In this document: positions 1-9,645 of the stretch, in pieces
Position numbering within the stretch: position 1 is the first letter of the stretch
How the letters are laid out: the number at the start of each line of letters is the position of its first letter
Assembly (NCBI GenBank): GCA_963807125.1
Contig: CAWEAH010000006.1
Coordinates: 498,921-562,920, forward strand
Direction: 5' to 3'
Source of the DNA: an uncultured Alphaproteobacteria bacterium
Lineage (GTDB): Bacteria > Pseudomonadota > Alphaproteobacteria > Rhizobiales > Xanthobacteraceae
Length of the DNA stretch: 64,000 nucleotides
Notes under the pieces: generated by a model
Seen by the model: the letters and a program-made list of their open reading frames with translations, nothing else
Databases searched by the model: none
Told to the model about the DNA's origin: nothing
Made by a program: the position numbers and the translations under genes

Positions 1-564
1 ATAGGAGGCGGCGCCGATTCCCGGGACGGGAATGAACGTCATCAGCACCCAATAGCCAATGAGAAGGGCTGCCGTCGCGGCGATCAATCCGCGTAAGTTG
101 AAGTGCAGAAACATCAGGGACGTGAACAGGTAACAAATCGCGATCCGCTGCAAAATGCCGAGCAAACGCACGTCCGTCCAATGGGCGCTGATGCCGCCAT
201 AGGCGATAAGCCCCATCATATAAAGGAGGACCGAGCGCCGAACGATGCGGATATGCGCCTTCGCCAAGCCCTCGCGTTCGACCAGCCGCGGCAGCGACAG
301 CACGATGGAAACCCCGGTCAGGAAGATGAAAAGCGGAAAGATCAGATCGTAAAAGCGCAATCCTTCCCAGGGGACATGCCCAAATTGCGTGCCGAGGAAG
401 CCGCCGACGGCACCGATGGCCACGCCCTTGCCATCGGTCATTTGCGCCAGCGCTTCCATAGCGCCGTCGAACCCCATGATCCAAAACATGTTGAGGCCGC
501 GCAGCGCGTCGACTGAAACGACGCGAGGCGGTTGCAGGACGGATGGCAGCTCGACGTAGCGCAT
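1..564 (-). CDS. DUF5009 / heparan-alpha-glucosaminide N-acetyltransferase-like transmembrane acyltransferase, N-terminal part (gene runs off the left edge)
   Basis: Not in the ORF track because it is open to the window edge. My minus-strand translation from the ATG at 564-562 reads MRYVELPSVLQPPRVVSVDALRGLNMFWIMGFDG...LRFYDLIFPLFIFLTGVSIVLSLPR..., with the SxDALRG motif and multi-TM pattern of this family. Confidence 0.6.
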   Translation of the reverse strand, partial: MRYVELPSVLQPPRVVSVDALRGLNMFWIMGFDGAMEALAQMTDGKGVAIGAVGGFLGTQFGHVPWEGLRFYDLIFPLFIFLTGVSIVLSLPRLVEREGLAKAHIRIVRRSVLLYMMGLIAYGGISAHWTDVRLLGILQRIAICYLFTSLMFLHFNLRGLIAATAALLIGYWVLMTFIPVPGIGAASY

Positions 565-575
565 CGGTTCTGGTT

Positions 576-628
576 GCCAGAGCTTATCCCGATTGACGGT
601 GGCGGGATAAGCTCTGGCTCTTTTTCTT
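576..628 (+). repeat. Perfect 16-bp inverted repeat (GCCAGAGCTTATCCCG, 11-nt spacer, CGGGATAAGCTCTGGC) followed by TCTTTTTCTT. Terminator-like on the + strand, and located 12 nt upstream of the minus-strand ATG at 564.
   Basis: Read directly from the sequence. Function unknown. Confidence 0.5.
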
Positions 629-842
629 AGCATGTCCTGTTCGCAAAAGCCGGTCTCCACCCTTTGGATCAAGTCCGAGGGCAGGTACTTTGTTGCGGGA
701 GATGCTTAGGAAGCAAATCCGGTGCCGGAACCGCTCCTGCCGGCATGCGAGACCCGCTCAGGGAGACGGTAATCCTCAAGCGACGTCAAACTGGGGGTAT
801 CGCAAGGCCCGCTAACGCGCAGCGGACCGGGCGGCGGCGGCC

Positions 843-1826
843 TTAGGGCTTTGCGGCGACCACAGCCGGCGCGGCGACGCAGCGGCCATTCGGCTCGTCC
901 ACGCGATAATAATTGCGCCCGATGAACGACCGATCGTAGTGCTGCCACGCCGTGCTTTGGTCGAAGGCGATGACGCCGGCCAGCGTGACCGCAAATACCG
1001 CGCTCTCCATATCCCGCTCATGGGCATCGAGGTTTTCCGGCAGCTTCGAGCTGGCGTAGTCGACATAATAAGCCCGGCGCACGCAGCTCATGCCGGCGGC
1101 GGCGTCAAGCGCTGCTTTTCCGGTCATCAGATGGTCGGAGTGGTCGGCCGGATTGATGTGCTGGTCGGGGTCGGCGACGTTGAGCTGAATAAGTGGCGCG
1201 CGCCCCCGCTCGTAGCGAATGATGTCGTGCACGGTCGTCACCAGATCGCTCCAGCCGTGATAGACCGTCGAGCCGTCGACCGCCGATAGCGTGGCGATGT
1301 CGCCGTCGGCAAGCTTTTTGAGGGATTGATAGCCGGTGCCGGCAAAACCTTGGCCCAAGGCGTCGCCGTCCGGCAGCCGGAGAAAATAGCCGATCGTGTT
1401 GCGGTAGGCCGTCCGGTAGATGGGGTGACCATTGAACGTCACCGGACCGTCGGCCTCCGCGATCGGGGTACGATCGGCATCGGCCATGAAACGCATGGCG
1501 TTCACGGCGCCGTTTTCTCGCGCCAAATAGTACGGATATTTACGGCCGCCGGTGCCGGTGCCGAGACCGTCGTCTCCTGCGGTGACATAAACGAACACGG
1601 TCTTGGCGGCGCCGCCGAGCACATCCTCAAAGGCGGTGGGATCCATGAAGAGCTGCCAGTCGTCTTCATGCGCGGCAAAGTAAAATGAGACTTTGTCGGA
1701 CTTGAGCTCGCCAGCATGCGCCGCAAGCGGCGACAGCAAACTAAAAACCGCGCACGCGATCGGGAGCTGCGATCGCCTTAGCGACGCGATGACCTCGCGT
1801 ATTTTGATACGAGAAGACCCAGCCAT
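843..1826 (-). CDS. Secreted PIG-L (LmbE-like) family deacetylase
   Basis: ORF 843..2102. Motifs FYFAAHEDDWQLF, VFVYVTAGDDG and PADHSDH. The likely start is M93 (ATG at 1826), which gives the signal peptide ...LPIACAVFSLLSPLAAHA. Confidence 0.75.
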   Translation of the reverse strand: MAGSSRIKIREVIASLRRSQLPIACAVFSLLSPLAAHAGELKSDKVSFYFAAHEDDWQLFMDPTAFEDVLGGAAKTVFVYVTAGDDGLGTGTGGRKYPYYLARENGAVNAMRFMADADRTPIAEADGPVTFNGHPIYRTAYRNTIGYFLRLPDGDALGQGFAGTGYQSLKKLADGDIATLSAVDGSTVYHGWSDLVTTVHDIIRYERGRAPLIQLNVADPDQHINPADHSDHLMTGKAALDAAAGMSCVRRAYYVDYASSKLPENLDAHERDMESAVFAVTLAGVIAFDQSTAWQHYDRSFIGRNYYRVDEPNGRCVAAPAVVAAKP

Positions 1827-2222
1827 GACTTTTCCCAGCCTCGCGTATCTGGCCGATTTTGCCGAAAATGAAAAGCAGAATCGGCGCCTTGCGCGAATTT
1901 TCAGCATCGCTTTTTGCTGCCTGTCTAGTTTGCAGATTGCCGCAACCTTGCGGCGCACAATAATGTGCAATGCACAATCAAAGAATTGAAGCTCTGACAC
2001 CGTTGGTCCGATCGCTCTCAAAGCGATCCTTCGAAGCGGCAGGCAGGCTGCGCCGCGCGCGGCCTCGGTTCGCCGAAATAGCGTTGTCTCGGCGAGCATC
2101 ACGGCGGACGAGGGCTCACCGGGCTGGAGCGCCGAAGTTCAGCGCCGACGCTAATATCATTTGATGTAGATCAAGGTCGTCACACGGGCGTCATGCATTT
2201 TTGAGGCTCATGGAGGCAATAC

Positions 2223-2654
2223 GTGGCGCATCGTGGTTCACTGATATTGGCGGCGGTCGTCGGCGTCGGTTTTGGCGGCCTTGCAGCTTCGGCTGTTCGC
2301 TCCCAGCCCGGTCCGCCCGCTTATTTCGTGACGCTGTTTGATACAGCCTCCGAATCCGAGGTGACGAGCACGAATTATCCTTCGCTTGCGCCGGCAACTT
2401 TTCAGCCGTTTGGCGGTCATTACCTTATCCATAGCGGCAGAACCGTCAGCTTCGATGGTGAGCCGCCAAAGCAAATCGTCGTCATCGCCTTCGAAAATAT
2501 GGAGCATCTCCAGCAGTGGCGCGACTCGCAGGCTTTCAAACAACTTTACGACGTGCATAAGATTGCGAGGGTCAAAGCCTTCGCGGTCGAGGGCGTCGGC
2601 AATAATTCAGCCGGCGGCCTGCCGCAGAGCATCGTCAACAACACCGGCAAATGA
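2223..2654 (+). CDS. DUF1330 domain protein with N-terminal signal/TM segment
   Basis: ORF 2223..2654 with a GTG start and GGAGG 7 nt upstream. Sequence IVVIAFENMEHLQQWRDSQAFKQL is typical of DUF1330. Confidence 0.7.
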   Translation: MAHRGSLILAAVVGVGFGGLAASAVRSQPGPPAYFVTLFDTASESEVTSTNYPSLAPATFQPFGGHYLIHSGRTVSFDGEPPKQIVVIAFENMEHLQQWRDSQAFKQLYDVHKIARVKAFAVEGVGNNSAGGLPQSIVNNTGK

Positions 2655-2678
2655 GCCGGCAAGCGGACATGCAAACGG

Positions 2679-3413
2679 ATGCCGCCGGCACTCGAGCATA
2701 GCCACAGTCGCGAGGCGATCCACGACCGTCTCGCTCGCCCGCCGCGCTCCAGTTATCTGCGCGATTGGATTTATGGCGGCATCGACGGCACGGTTACGAC
2801 TTTTGCAATCGTGGCCGGCGTCGCCGGTGCGCACCTTTCGATATCCGTTCTGCTTATTCTCGGCTTGGCCAATCTTCTGGCCGACGGCTTTGCCATGGCG
2901 GCGAGCAATTACAGCGGCACCAAAGCCGAACGTGACGAATACGAGCGCGTGCTCGGCATCGAGCGTCGCCACATCGCGCTGGTGCCGGACGGCGAGCGGG
3001 AGGAAATCCGCCAGATTTTCCAGGCCAAGGGCTTTTCGGGCGATGATCTCGAGCGCGTGGTTGCGGTGATTACTGCGGACCGTGCGCTATGGGCCAAGAC
3101 CATGGCGACCGAGGAATACGGACTTTCGGCCACGCTACGCTCGCCGGTTCTCGCCGCGCTCAGCACTTTCGTCGCTTTTGTTTTTTGCGGTTGCGTACCG
3201 CTGGCGACCTACCTTTTGCCGGGCGGCCTGACCACCTGCATTGGCGCAACCGCCGCGACCTTTTTCGGCGTCGGGACCGTCAAAAGCTTCTGGTCATCGT
3301 CTCGATGGCTGCGGTCGGGACTGGAGGTCCTTCTGATCGGAATGTGCGCCGCCAGCCTGGCATTCGCGGTGGGCTACGGCTTGCGTGCGCTGTTCGATTT
3401 GTCTGCCATGTGA
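2679..3413 (+). CDS. VIT1/CCC1 family iron/manganese transporter
   Basis: Motifs YLRDWIYGGIDGTVTTFAIVAGVAGA and LANLLADGFAMAASNYSGTKAE, with C-terminal TM helices. Confidence 0.8.
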   Translation: MPPALEHSHSREAIHDRLARPPRSSYLRDWIYGGIDGTVTTFAIVAGVAGAHLSISVLLILGLANLLADGFAMAASNYSGTKAERDEYERVLGIERRHIALVPDGEREEIRQIFQAKGFSGDDLERVVAVITADRALWAKTMATEEYGLSATLRSPVLAALSTFVAFVFCGCVPLATYLLPGGLTTCIGATAATFFGVGTVKSFWSSSRWLRSGLEVLLIGMCAASLAFAVGYGLRALFDLSAM

Positions 3414-3572
3414 TGGCTTTACAAATTGCCAGAATTAAGCAGTCTTCAATCTTGATCTGGCGCGATGCAAGCGTCCGGCCGGTGGCGGATCAATTAGCAT
3501 ATCAAAGCGGAGACAAGCTTTGCAGCATCATGCCGCAGCGCTACGGAGCAGATCCTCTCACTTCCGCGCCGG

Positions 3573-3992
3573 TTAGGGCGATTGTTTCCCTGCGTATGAC
3601 TTCTCTTCGACAATCTCGGAGCCGTATCGGAGGTTGATACTCTGCTTGATGCGGGAGCGGCGGTCGTTGGTCAGATAGACGCTGCGCGCCAATGCGACGA
3701 AACGGTCGCCGAAATCATGGCGGACCTCAAGCTCGCGTATCTCGTCTTCGACGTCCCACAGCGCGGTGTTGACTTTTTTGAGCTCTTCGGCGAGCGCCTT
3801 CAGGTCCGGCGTATCGAGGCCCGCCGCGGACTTTATTTCGTTCAGAAGCTTCAGCTCGGCGCTGACATTGCCCAGCTTGGCGGGATCGGCGATCCGCTCG
3901 GTCTTGATCTCGAGGATCGAGATTTTGTCTATCAATTCGCCGACGGCGATCGGCGCTGTGATGCTGCGACGGGGTGCTTGCGGTTTTTCCAT
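3573..3992 (-). CDS. DUF6165-like small protein, commonly found beside TPR-sulfotransferase genes
   Basis: ORF 3573..3992, containing APIAVGELIDKISILEIKTERI...YLTNDRRSRIKQSIN. Confidence 0.5.
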   Translation of the reverse strand: MEKPQAPRRSITAPIAVGELIDKISILEIKTERIADPAKLGNVSAELKLLNEIKSAAGLDTPDLKALAEELKKVNTALWDVEDEIRELEVRHDFGDRFVALARSVYLTNDRRSRIKQSINLRYGSEIVEEKSYAGKQSP

Positions 3993-4138
3993 CGAACGGG
4001 ATCCAGCCGGTGGCTGACGGCTTATCGGCTTGGCGATGCAATCTAGTCGATCGACGGAACTCCAACAATGTCAATTCATCGTCTTCGCCTAGGCGCTGTA
4101 CCGAGACGCAGGCTCCAGGAACGCGAATTGCGTTGCAG

Positions 4139-6300
4139 CTAGGCGCGCTCCGCTGCGGACATGCCGAGCGCGCTCAACAGCGGTTCGAGTTGCCCCTCGT
4201 AAACGCGCCAGCGGCCGACGGCGCTCTTATAGATCGGCTGGCGGACTTGCGTGGCGCTTGCGGTTCGCACCGGCCGCTCGGTTTCGTGGAACGCCAGGCA
4301 GCGTTCGTCCCAGGGCAGGCCGCAATAGGCGATGATACGGCGCGCCTGCCCTTCGAGGTCGGCGACGACATCTTCATAGCGCACGTCGAGAATGCTGTGC
4401 GGCGGCAGCACGCGATGCCAATGCGCCATCAGCCGTTCGTAGCGCTTGTAATAGCGGCCGAGCTCGGCGAGATCGTAGGTATGGTTTTGTTCGGCGGTGA
4501 AAAGCTTCGAAAAACAGGAAATGCAGGTGTCGACCGGATTGCGGATCGAATGAATGATCTTCGCGTTCGGCAACGCCAGATGAATGAGCCCGGCAAAATA
4601 ATAGTTTGACGGCATCTTGTCGGTGACCCGCTCTCCGGTCGGCGCCAGCTTGCGGACTTCGGCGATGTAACGCGCGCCGATCTGCTGTAGCGCCTGTGCA
4701 TCGAGCGCGGGAACGAAATCCGGATAGGGCAAAGGCGTGCCGTCCGCTGCACGAATGGTGAGAAGGACGTCGTTGAAGGTCTTCAACTCGCCGGCGCCGT
4801 GCACCATCGGATGGCTGGCGATGATCTGCTCGACCAGTGTCGTTCCCGAGCGCGGCATGCCGATGACAAAGATCGGCATCGGCGAAGGGTCGCCGCCGCC
4901 GGATTTTTTCGCGATCAGCTCGCGCGTGAAAATGGCTTCGATGCGGTCGAACAGGCCAAAGACCGCCGTTTCGTCATAAGTGATGGTGGCGCGTTTTGCC
5001 GCATTGCCGGCGAGAAGACGTTCGAACGAGCGCCGATAATCCTTAAGATCGCTATAGGCTTTGCTGAGCGCGAAATCGAGCTGCATGCGGTCGGTCTTCG
5101 ACAAGCTTTCCGGTCTTTGCCGCCAGCGCCTCCATCTTTCGAGATGCGGATCGCCGGGCGCGAATTTCTTGGAGTCGGCGAGATTGACATAGACGCCGGC
5201 GATGTTCGGATCGAGCCGGATCGCTTGCAAATAGGCATCGTGCGCCTCCGCCAATTGGCCGAGCTCTTTGAGCACATTGCCCATGTTATTGTAGGCGTCG
5301 GCGAGATCGGGCTTGAGCGTGAGCGCGCGCCGGTAATGCGCCAGCGCGGCAGCCAGATCGCCGCGCTTCGAAGGCGATGCGGCCTGCCAGATTGACCGCG
5401 TCGTGGTTGTTGGCATTGAGCGCGAGCGCGCGCTCGGTCGCGGCGGCGGCCTCGTCGGTCTTGTGCTGGTCGAGCAGCACCGTGGCGTAATGCACGAACA
5501 GTTTCTCGTCGCGCGATTCGATGGTAATCGCGCGGCGCATCAGCTCGGCGGCTTCGTCGAGCCGGTCAAGGTCTTTGAGCGCCAGCGCCAGATTGTCGAG
5601 CGTGTCTGGATTGTTCGGGGCGAATTCGAGCGCTTTGCGGTAGACGTTTTCCGCCTCTTCCGGGCGTTTGAGCTCGCGCAGGCAGGTGCCGAGATTATTC
5701 CAGGCGTCGGCGAAACTCGGCTGCAATTCGATGGCGCGGCGATAGTCCCTTTCCGCTTCGGCGAAACGCTTGAGGCGCTGCAGCGCATTGCCGCGATTGC
5801 TGTGAGCTTGGGCGAAATTGCGCCTTCGAGCGCGATCGCGCGGTCGTAAAGCTCGAGCGCCTCCTCGAATTTGCCCTGGTCGAACAGCGCGATGCCGAGA
5901 TTGCTCAGCGCGCCGGGATAATTGGGGTTGATCTCGATCGCGCGGCGGCCGGCGGCGATCGCCTCGTCGATGCGGCCGGCCAGCCGGCACATCTCGCCGA
6001 GATTGGCATGGTAGAGCGCGACGTCGGGCTTTATCGCAATGGCGCGGCGCACATGCTCGATCGCTTCGGCCGTCTTGCCCGACTGGTGCGCGACGATGCC
6101 CAGCATATGCGACGGCCTCGGCATTGTCCGGTTCGGCGGCAATGGCGCGTCGCGCGAGCTCGTCGGCATCGGCCAGAAATCCGCGCCGGCGCTTCTGCTC
6201 GGCGAGAATCAGGGCCTGGCCGGGTGTCGCCGTTGCACCTGCGGCGAACGTGGCCGCGCGGCTTGCGCGGCCTCGGCCGCGATGATGGCCGCGGCCTCCG
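4139..6300 (-). pseudogene. TPR-repeat protein with C-terminal sulfotransferase domain, interrupted by at least 3-4 frameshifts. The 5' end is not resolved.
   Basis: The C-terminal ORF 4139..5416 has PRSGTTLVEQIIASHP and a sulfotransferase fold. TPR repeats continue upstream in other frames (ORFs 5286..5990 and 5540..6169), with frame switches near 5400, 5820, 6110 and 6245. I could not find a usable start codon. Confidence 0.6.
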
Positions 6301-6333
6301 CGGCGCGCCGTTCGCCTTCAGCCTTGAACGGCG

Positions 6334-7757
6334 TCAGCGGCGCGGCTCGTCGCCTTGCGCGACGGCTCGCAGATCATTCTCGATGCGCGCGATGACATCG
6401 GCCCAGTCCTCGCCCTTTTTCTGGCGGAACAGCCGCATGGTCGGGTACCAGGGATTATCCTCGCGCTCGAGCAGCCAGCGCCAATCGGTGACCCATGGCA
6501 GCAGCACCCAGACCGGTTTGCCCAGCGCTCCGGCGAGATGGGCCGTCGAGCGTATCGACGGTGATCACGAGATCGAGCGCTTCGATGGCGCCGCGCCGGA
6601 TTCGCGAAATCCCGAATCTGCCGGAGAGATCGTCGATCGCAGGATTGCCGCGCTTGAGTTTTTTGAGATCGGCAGCGCGCGACCGAATTGCAAGCTGACA
6701 AACGACTGCCGCGACGGAAAACAGCGGCGCAAGTGCGAAAGGTCGAGCGAGCGGCGGTAATCGTTGACATGTTCGGGGTTGCCGGCCCAGACGATGCCGA
6801 CCCGAGGCCGTTCATTTTGCCGAGCCGGCTCTTCCAGGCGATGCCGCCTCGGCCGGCGCGCGCAGATAAGGCACATCGGCCGGGATCGTTTCGAGCCGCG
6901 TCTTGAACAGGCGCGGCAGGCTCATCAGCACGGCATCGCATTGATAGGGCGCCGGATCGCCGCGGTCGCCGAGGACGGTCATGCCGCGTAGGTTGTCGCG
7001 CATCAGGGTCACGAGCTGCTGGTGGACGCGCAAGGTGACCTTGGCGCCGCGCGCGATAAGCATCGGCATGTAGCGCGCGAATTGCAGCGTATCGCCAAAA
7101 CCCTGCTCGGCCTGAACATAAATGTGCTTGCCGGCGAGGTTTTCGCCTTGCCAGGGCATTTCGGGAAATTTCGGTCCCTTGCGCTCGGTCGAGCGCAAGC
7201 CGCCATTCGTATTCATCCCATCCCTCGGCGAAATCGCCGCGCATCAACAGCAGAATGCCGAGCCCGGAGCGAGCGTTGGCATGATCCGGCGCCAGCGCGA
7301 TGGCGCGCCGCAACGCCGAAATGCCTTCTTCGAAAGCTGCCGCTGTGATGCAGCGTAGTGCCGAGATTGGCCCAGCCGTCGGCATAATTGGGGTTGATCT
7401 CGATGGCGCGGCGATAGGCCGCGATCGCCTCGTCGAAGCGGCGCGAGAGCGTGCAAGCGCATTGCCGAGATTGCTGTGCGCCTCGGCGAAATCGGGCTTG
7501 GCCGCGATCGCCTTGCGTTGCGCCGAGGCGGCGCTCCTCGTAGTTCTTCAGCTCATACAGCGCGACGCCGAGATTGCTCAGCGCCGCGGGCATGTTCGGC
7601 TCGATCTCGAGCGCGCGCGCGCGCCGCCTCGGCGGCGAGGTTCGGTCGGCCGGCGAGCCGCAGCATCTCGCCGAGATTGGCGTGAAACAACGCGACCTGC
7701 GGCGCGAGCTTCGTCGCACGCTTCACGTGCTCGATGGCCTCGCCGAGCTTGCCGTGT
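6334..7757 (-). pseudogene. TPR-repeat protein with C-terminal glycosyltransferase family 9-like domain, with many frameshifts and an apparently truncated 5' end
   Basis: Fragments in three frames: ...NLGVALYELKNYEE, EINPNYADGWANLGTTL, YVQAEQGFGDTLQFARYMPML, RVGIVWAGNPEHVNDYRRSL and PWVTDWRWLLEREDNPWYPTMRLFRQ. A stop codon lies directly upstream of HGKLGEAIEHV at 7757-7759. Confidence 0.6.
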
Positions 7758-7768
7758 TAGCCAAGTGC

Positions 7769-8368
7769 ATGAAAAACAGTATGAAATTAGCTGCATCTCT
7801 TGCGTTTATGCTGGCTATATCGGTGTCGGCGATAGCTCAAGGGCAACAGCGGCCCGCACCCCCGCCGGTCCGCCCGGTGCAGCCGCCGGCGCATCCGTCC
7901 GCAGCCGCGCCGAATGGCGATGCGCCGCAGCGAACCACCGCGACTTATGGCGACTGGGTGGTACAGTGCGTGGAGAACGGCTCGCCGCCGTCGGAGCGGG
8001 TCTGCGATATGGCCCAGGTGACGCAGCTCCAGGGCAAAAATCTGCCGTTCTCACGCGTCGCGGTAGCGCGTCCGGAGAAGGGTCAGCCGGTCAAGCTCAT
8101 CGTCCAGGTGCCGGTCAATGCCTCATTTGGCACCCAGGTTCACATTCAGACGAGCGATCAGGACGCCGGCGTGATCGCGCCGTTTGCCAACTGCAACCCG
8201 AACGGCTGTTTTGCCGAATTCGATCTGAAAGAAGACGTTCTCAAGAAACTGCGCGAGGCGACCGGCATGGGCAAATTTTCGTTTGCCGATGCCGGCGGTC
8301 ATGACGTTGCGGTGCCGATCTCGTTCAACGGCTTCGCTCTGGCGTTTGATGCGCTCGCCAAGCAGTAA
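7769..8368 (+). CDS. Invasion-associated locus B (IalB) family periplasmic protein
   Basis: Signal peptide MKNSMKLAASLAFMLAISVSAIA, then TATYGDWVVQCVE...CDMAQV...NCNPNGCFAEF. Confidence 0.8.
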   Translation: MKNSMKLAASLAFMLAISVSAIAQGQQRPAPPPVRPVQPPAHPSAAAPNGDAPQRTTATYGDWVVQCVENGSPPSERVCDMAQVTQLQGKNLPFSRVAVARPEKGQPVKLIVQVPVNASFGTQVHIQTSDQDAGVIAPFANCNPNGCFAEFDLKEDVLKKLREATGMGKFSFADAGGHDVAVPISFNGFALAFDALAKQ

Positions 8369-8456
8369 AACGGCGGCCGCGCATTCCTCGTCGTTCAATT
8401 CCGCGCAGTCGGAAATCGTTTAAGGGCACGTTATCGGCGGATCGGTCTATTTTGCA

Positions 8457-9421
8457 TCACAGCGATGAGCCCCAATCGCTGCGCCAAGCGCGCTTGAACG
8501 GTGCGCCGTCGCGACGCGAGAACAGCTTTTGGCCGACCGAACCGTCGGCACGGCAGAGTTTGAGCGTCACATGGCCGCCGGCCTTTCGCGGACGGGCGAT
8601 GATCCGCGCGGCGGCGCGACGATATCGGGCGTCCGCGAGACCGCAATATAGCTGAATTTCTCGTCCTCCCAAGAAAGCTCCGCAGTCTTCGCTTGCCGAT
8701 GCAGTCGCGAGCGGGCGACGCGCTGGGCGAAGTGGCACCAGTCCGGCGGCTGCAGCGGGCAAGCGGAGGCATGCGGGCAGGGCGCAATCACGTGCGCGCC
8801 GTGCGCGATCAGCTGGCGGCGTGCGTCGAGGATGCGCTGCCAGCCGGCTGACGTTCCGGGTTCGATGATGACGAGGATGTCCGCAGTCAACGCCCACAGC
8901 CGCTCCAACACGGCCTGGCGAACCTCGGTGGCAAGTTCGTTCAGCGTATAGGCCAGACAGACCAGATCGCGCGGCGCGCTATCGATTTCTTGCATGCCGA
9001 CGTCGGCGATGCGCCAGGTGATTTGCGGCCGGGGCGTCTCGCCCGCGAGCCGTTGTCCAAGCGCCGAAAAAATCGGGCTCGCCTCGACCAGCAATGCGCC
9101 GGCAAGATCCGGCCAAGTGTCGGCGGCGGCCCAGAGAGCGGTCCCCGGACCGGCGCCGACGTCGAGTACGGTCTTTGGCGCAAAATCCGGACGGGCCTCG
9201 CTAATCGCGGCAAAAACCGCGCGGACTGCCGCATAGGTCGCCGGAAATCGTACCGCCAGATAGGCGAGCGCATCCTCCTCGCTCGCAACGTAAAACCTTC
9301 GCTCGCGTCGCTCGTCACGGTAGCGCTGCGACAAATTCGCCGCCGCCGCGGCGAGGTCGGAAAGCGCCATGCCGCTGAGCTCTTGCTCGATGGCGTGACG
9401 CAATCGGGGAGGCAATTCCAT
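8457..9421 (-). pseudogene. Rsm22-like SAM-dependent methyltransferase (one frameshift near 8625 as sequenced)
   Basis: ORF 8567..9421 contains VLDVGAGPGTALWAA and PCPHASACPL. The C-terminus ARIIARPRKAGGHVTLKLCRADGS...WGSSL continues in the frame of ORF 8457..8897. Confidence 0.7.
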
Positions 9422-9515
9422 CGCTCACCTGTGGCCGCTGGCACAAGCCGCCCGGCGCGGCCGCGCATGATCGCTCGCCGTGTTCGGTAGTCAACTCAGG
9501 GGCTGCGACCTTTCG

Positions 9516-9541
9516 GGAACACAACGGGCCGCCAAAGCGTT
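9516..9541 (+). promoter_or_regulatory. EcfG/ECF15-type (general stress response) promoter motif GGAAC-N17-CGTT
   Basis: GGAAC at 9516-9520 and CGTT at 9538-9541, 105 nt upstream of the ABC permease ATG. Confidence 0.5.
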
Positions 9542-9645
9542 TCCGCGCCAGAGCGACATTCGTCCCGAATGAACCGCGGCTGGACGGATTGCGCTGACCT
9601 CAAGGCTTGCCGGAATAGCCAACGCGATGGAAGGACAGCCGATCG

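Noticed and set aside
620-842. Possible structured ncRNA (SRP/6S/riboswitch-like) in the 278-nt spacer
   Set aside because: I could not match it to conserved cores I know, such as the SRP GGAAGCAGCC helix-8 context, the B12 box, or the glycine, ykkC or fluoride cores. Only the hairpin at 576-618 is solid. It needs a covariance-model scan before any call.
1900-1990. Palindrome GCCGCAACCTTGCGGC and repeated TGCACAAT units in the divergent PIG-L/DUF1330 spacer
   Set aside because: These are real in the sequence, but they are short, isolated and match no known operator that I can name. That is too weak to report as a site.
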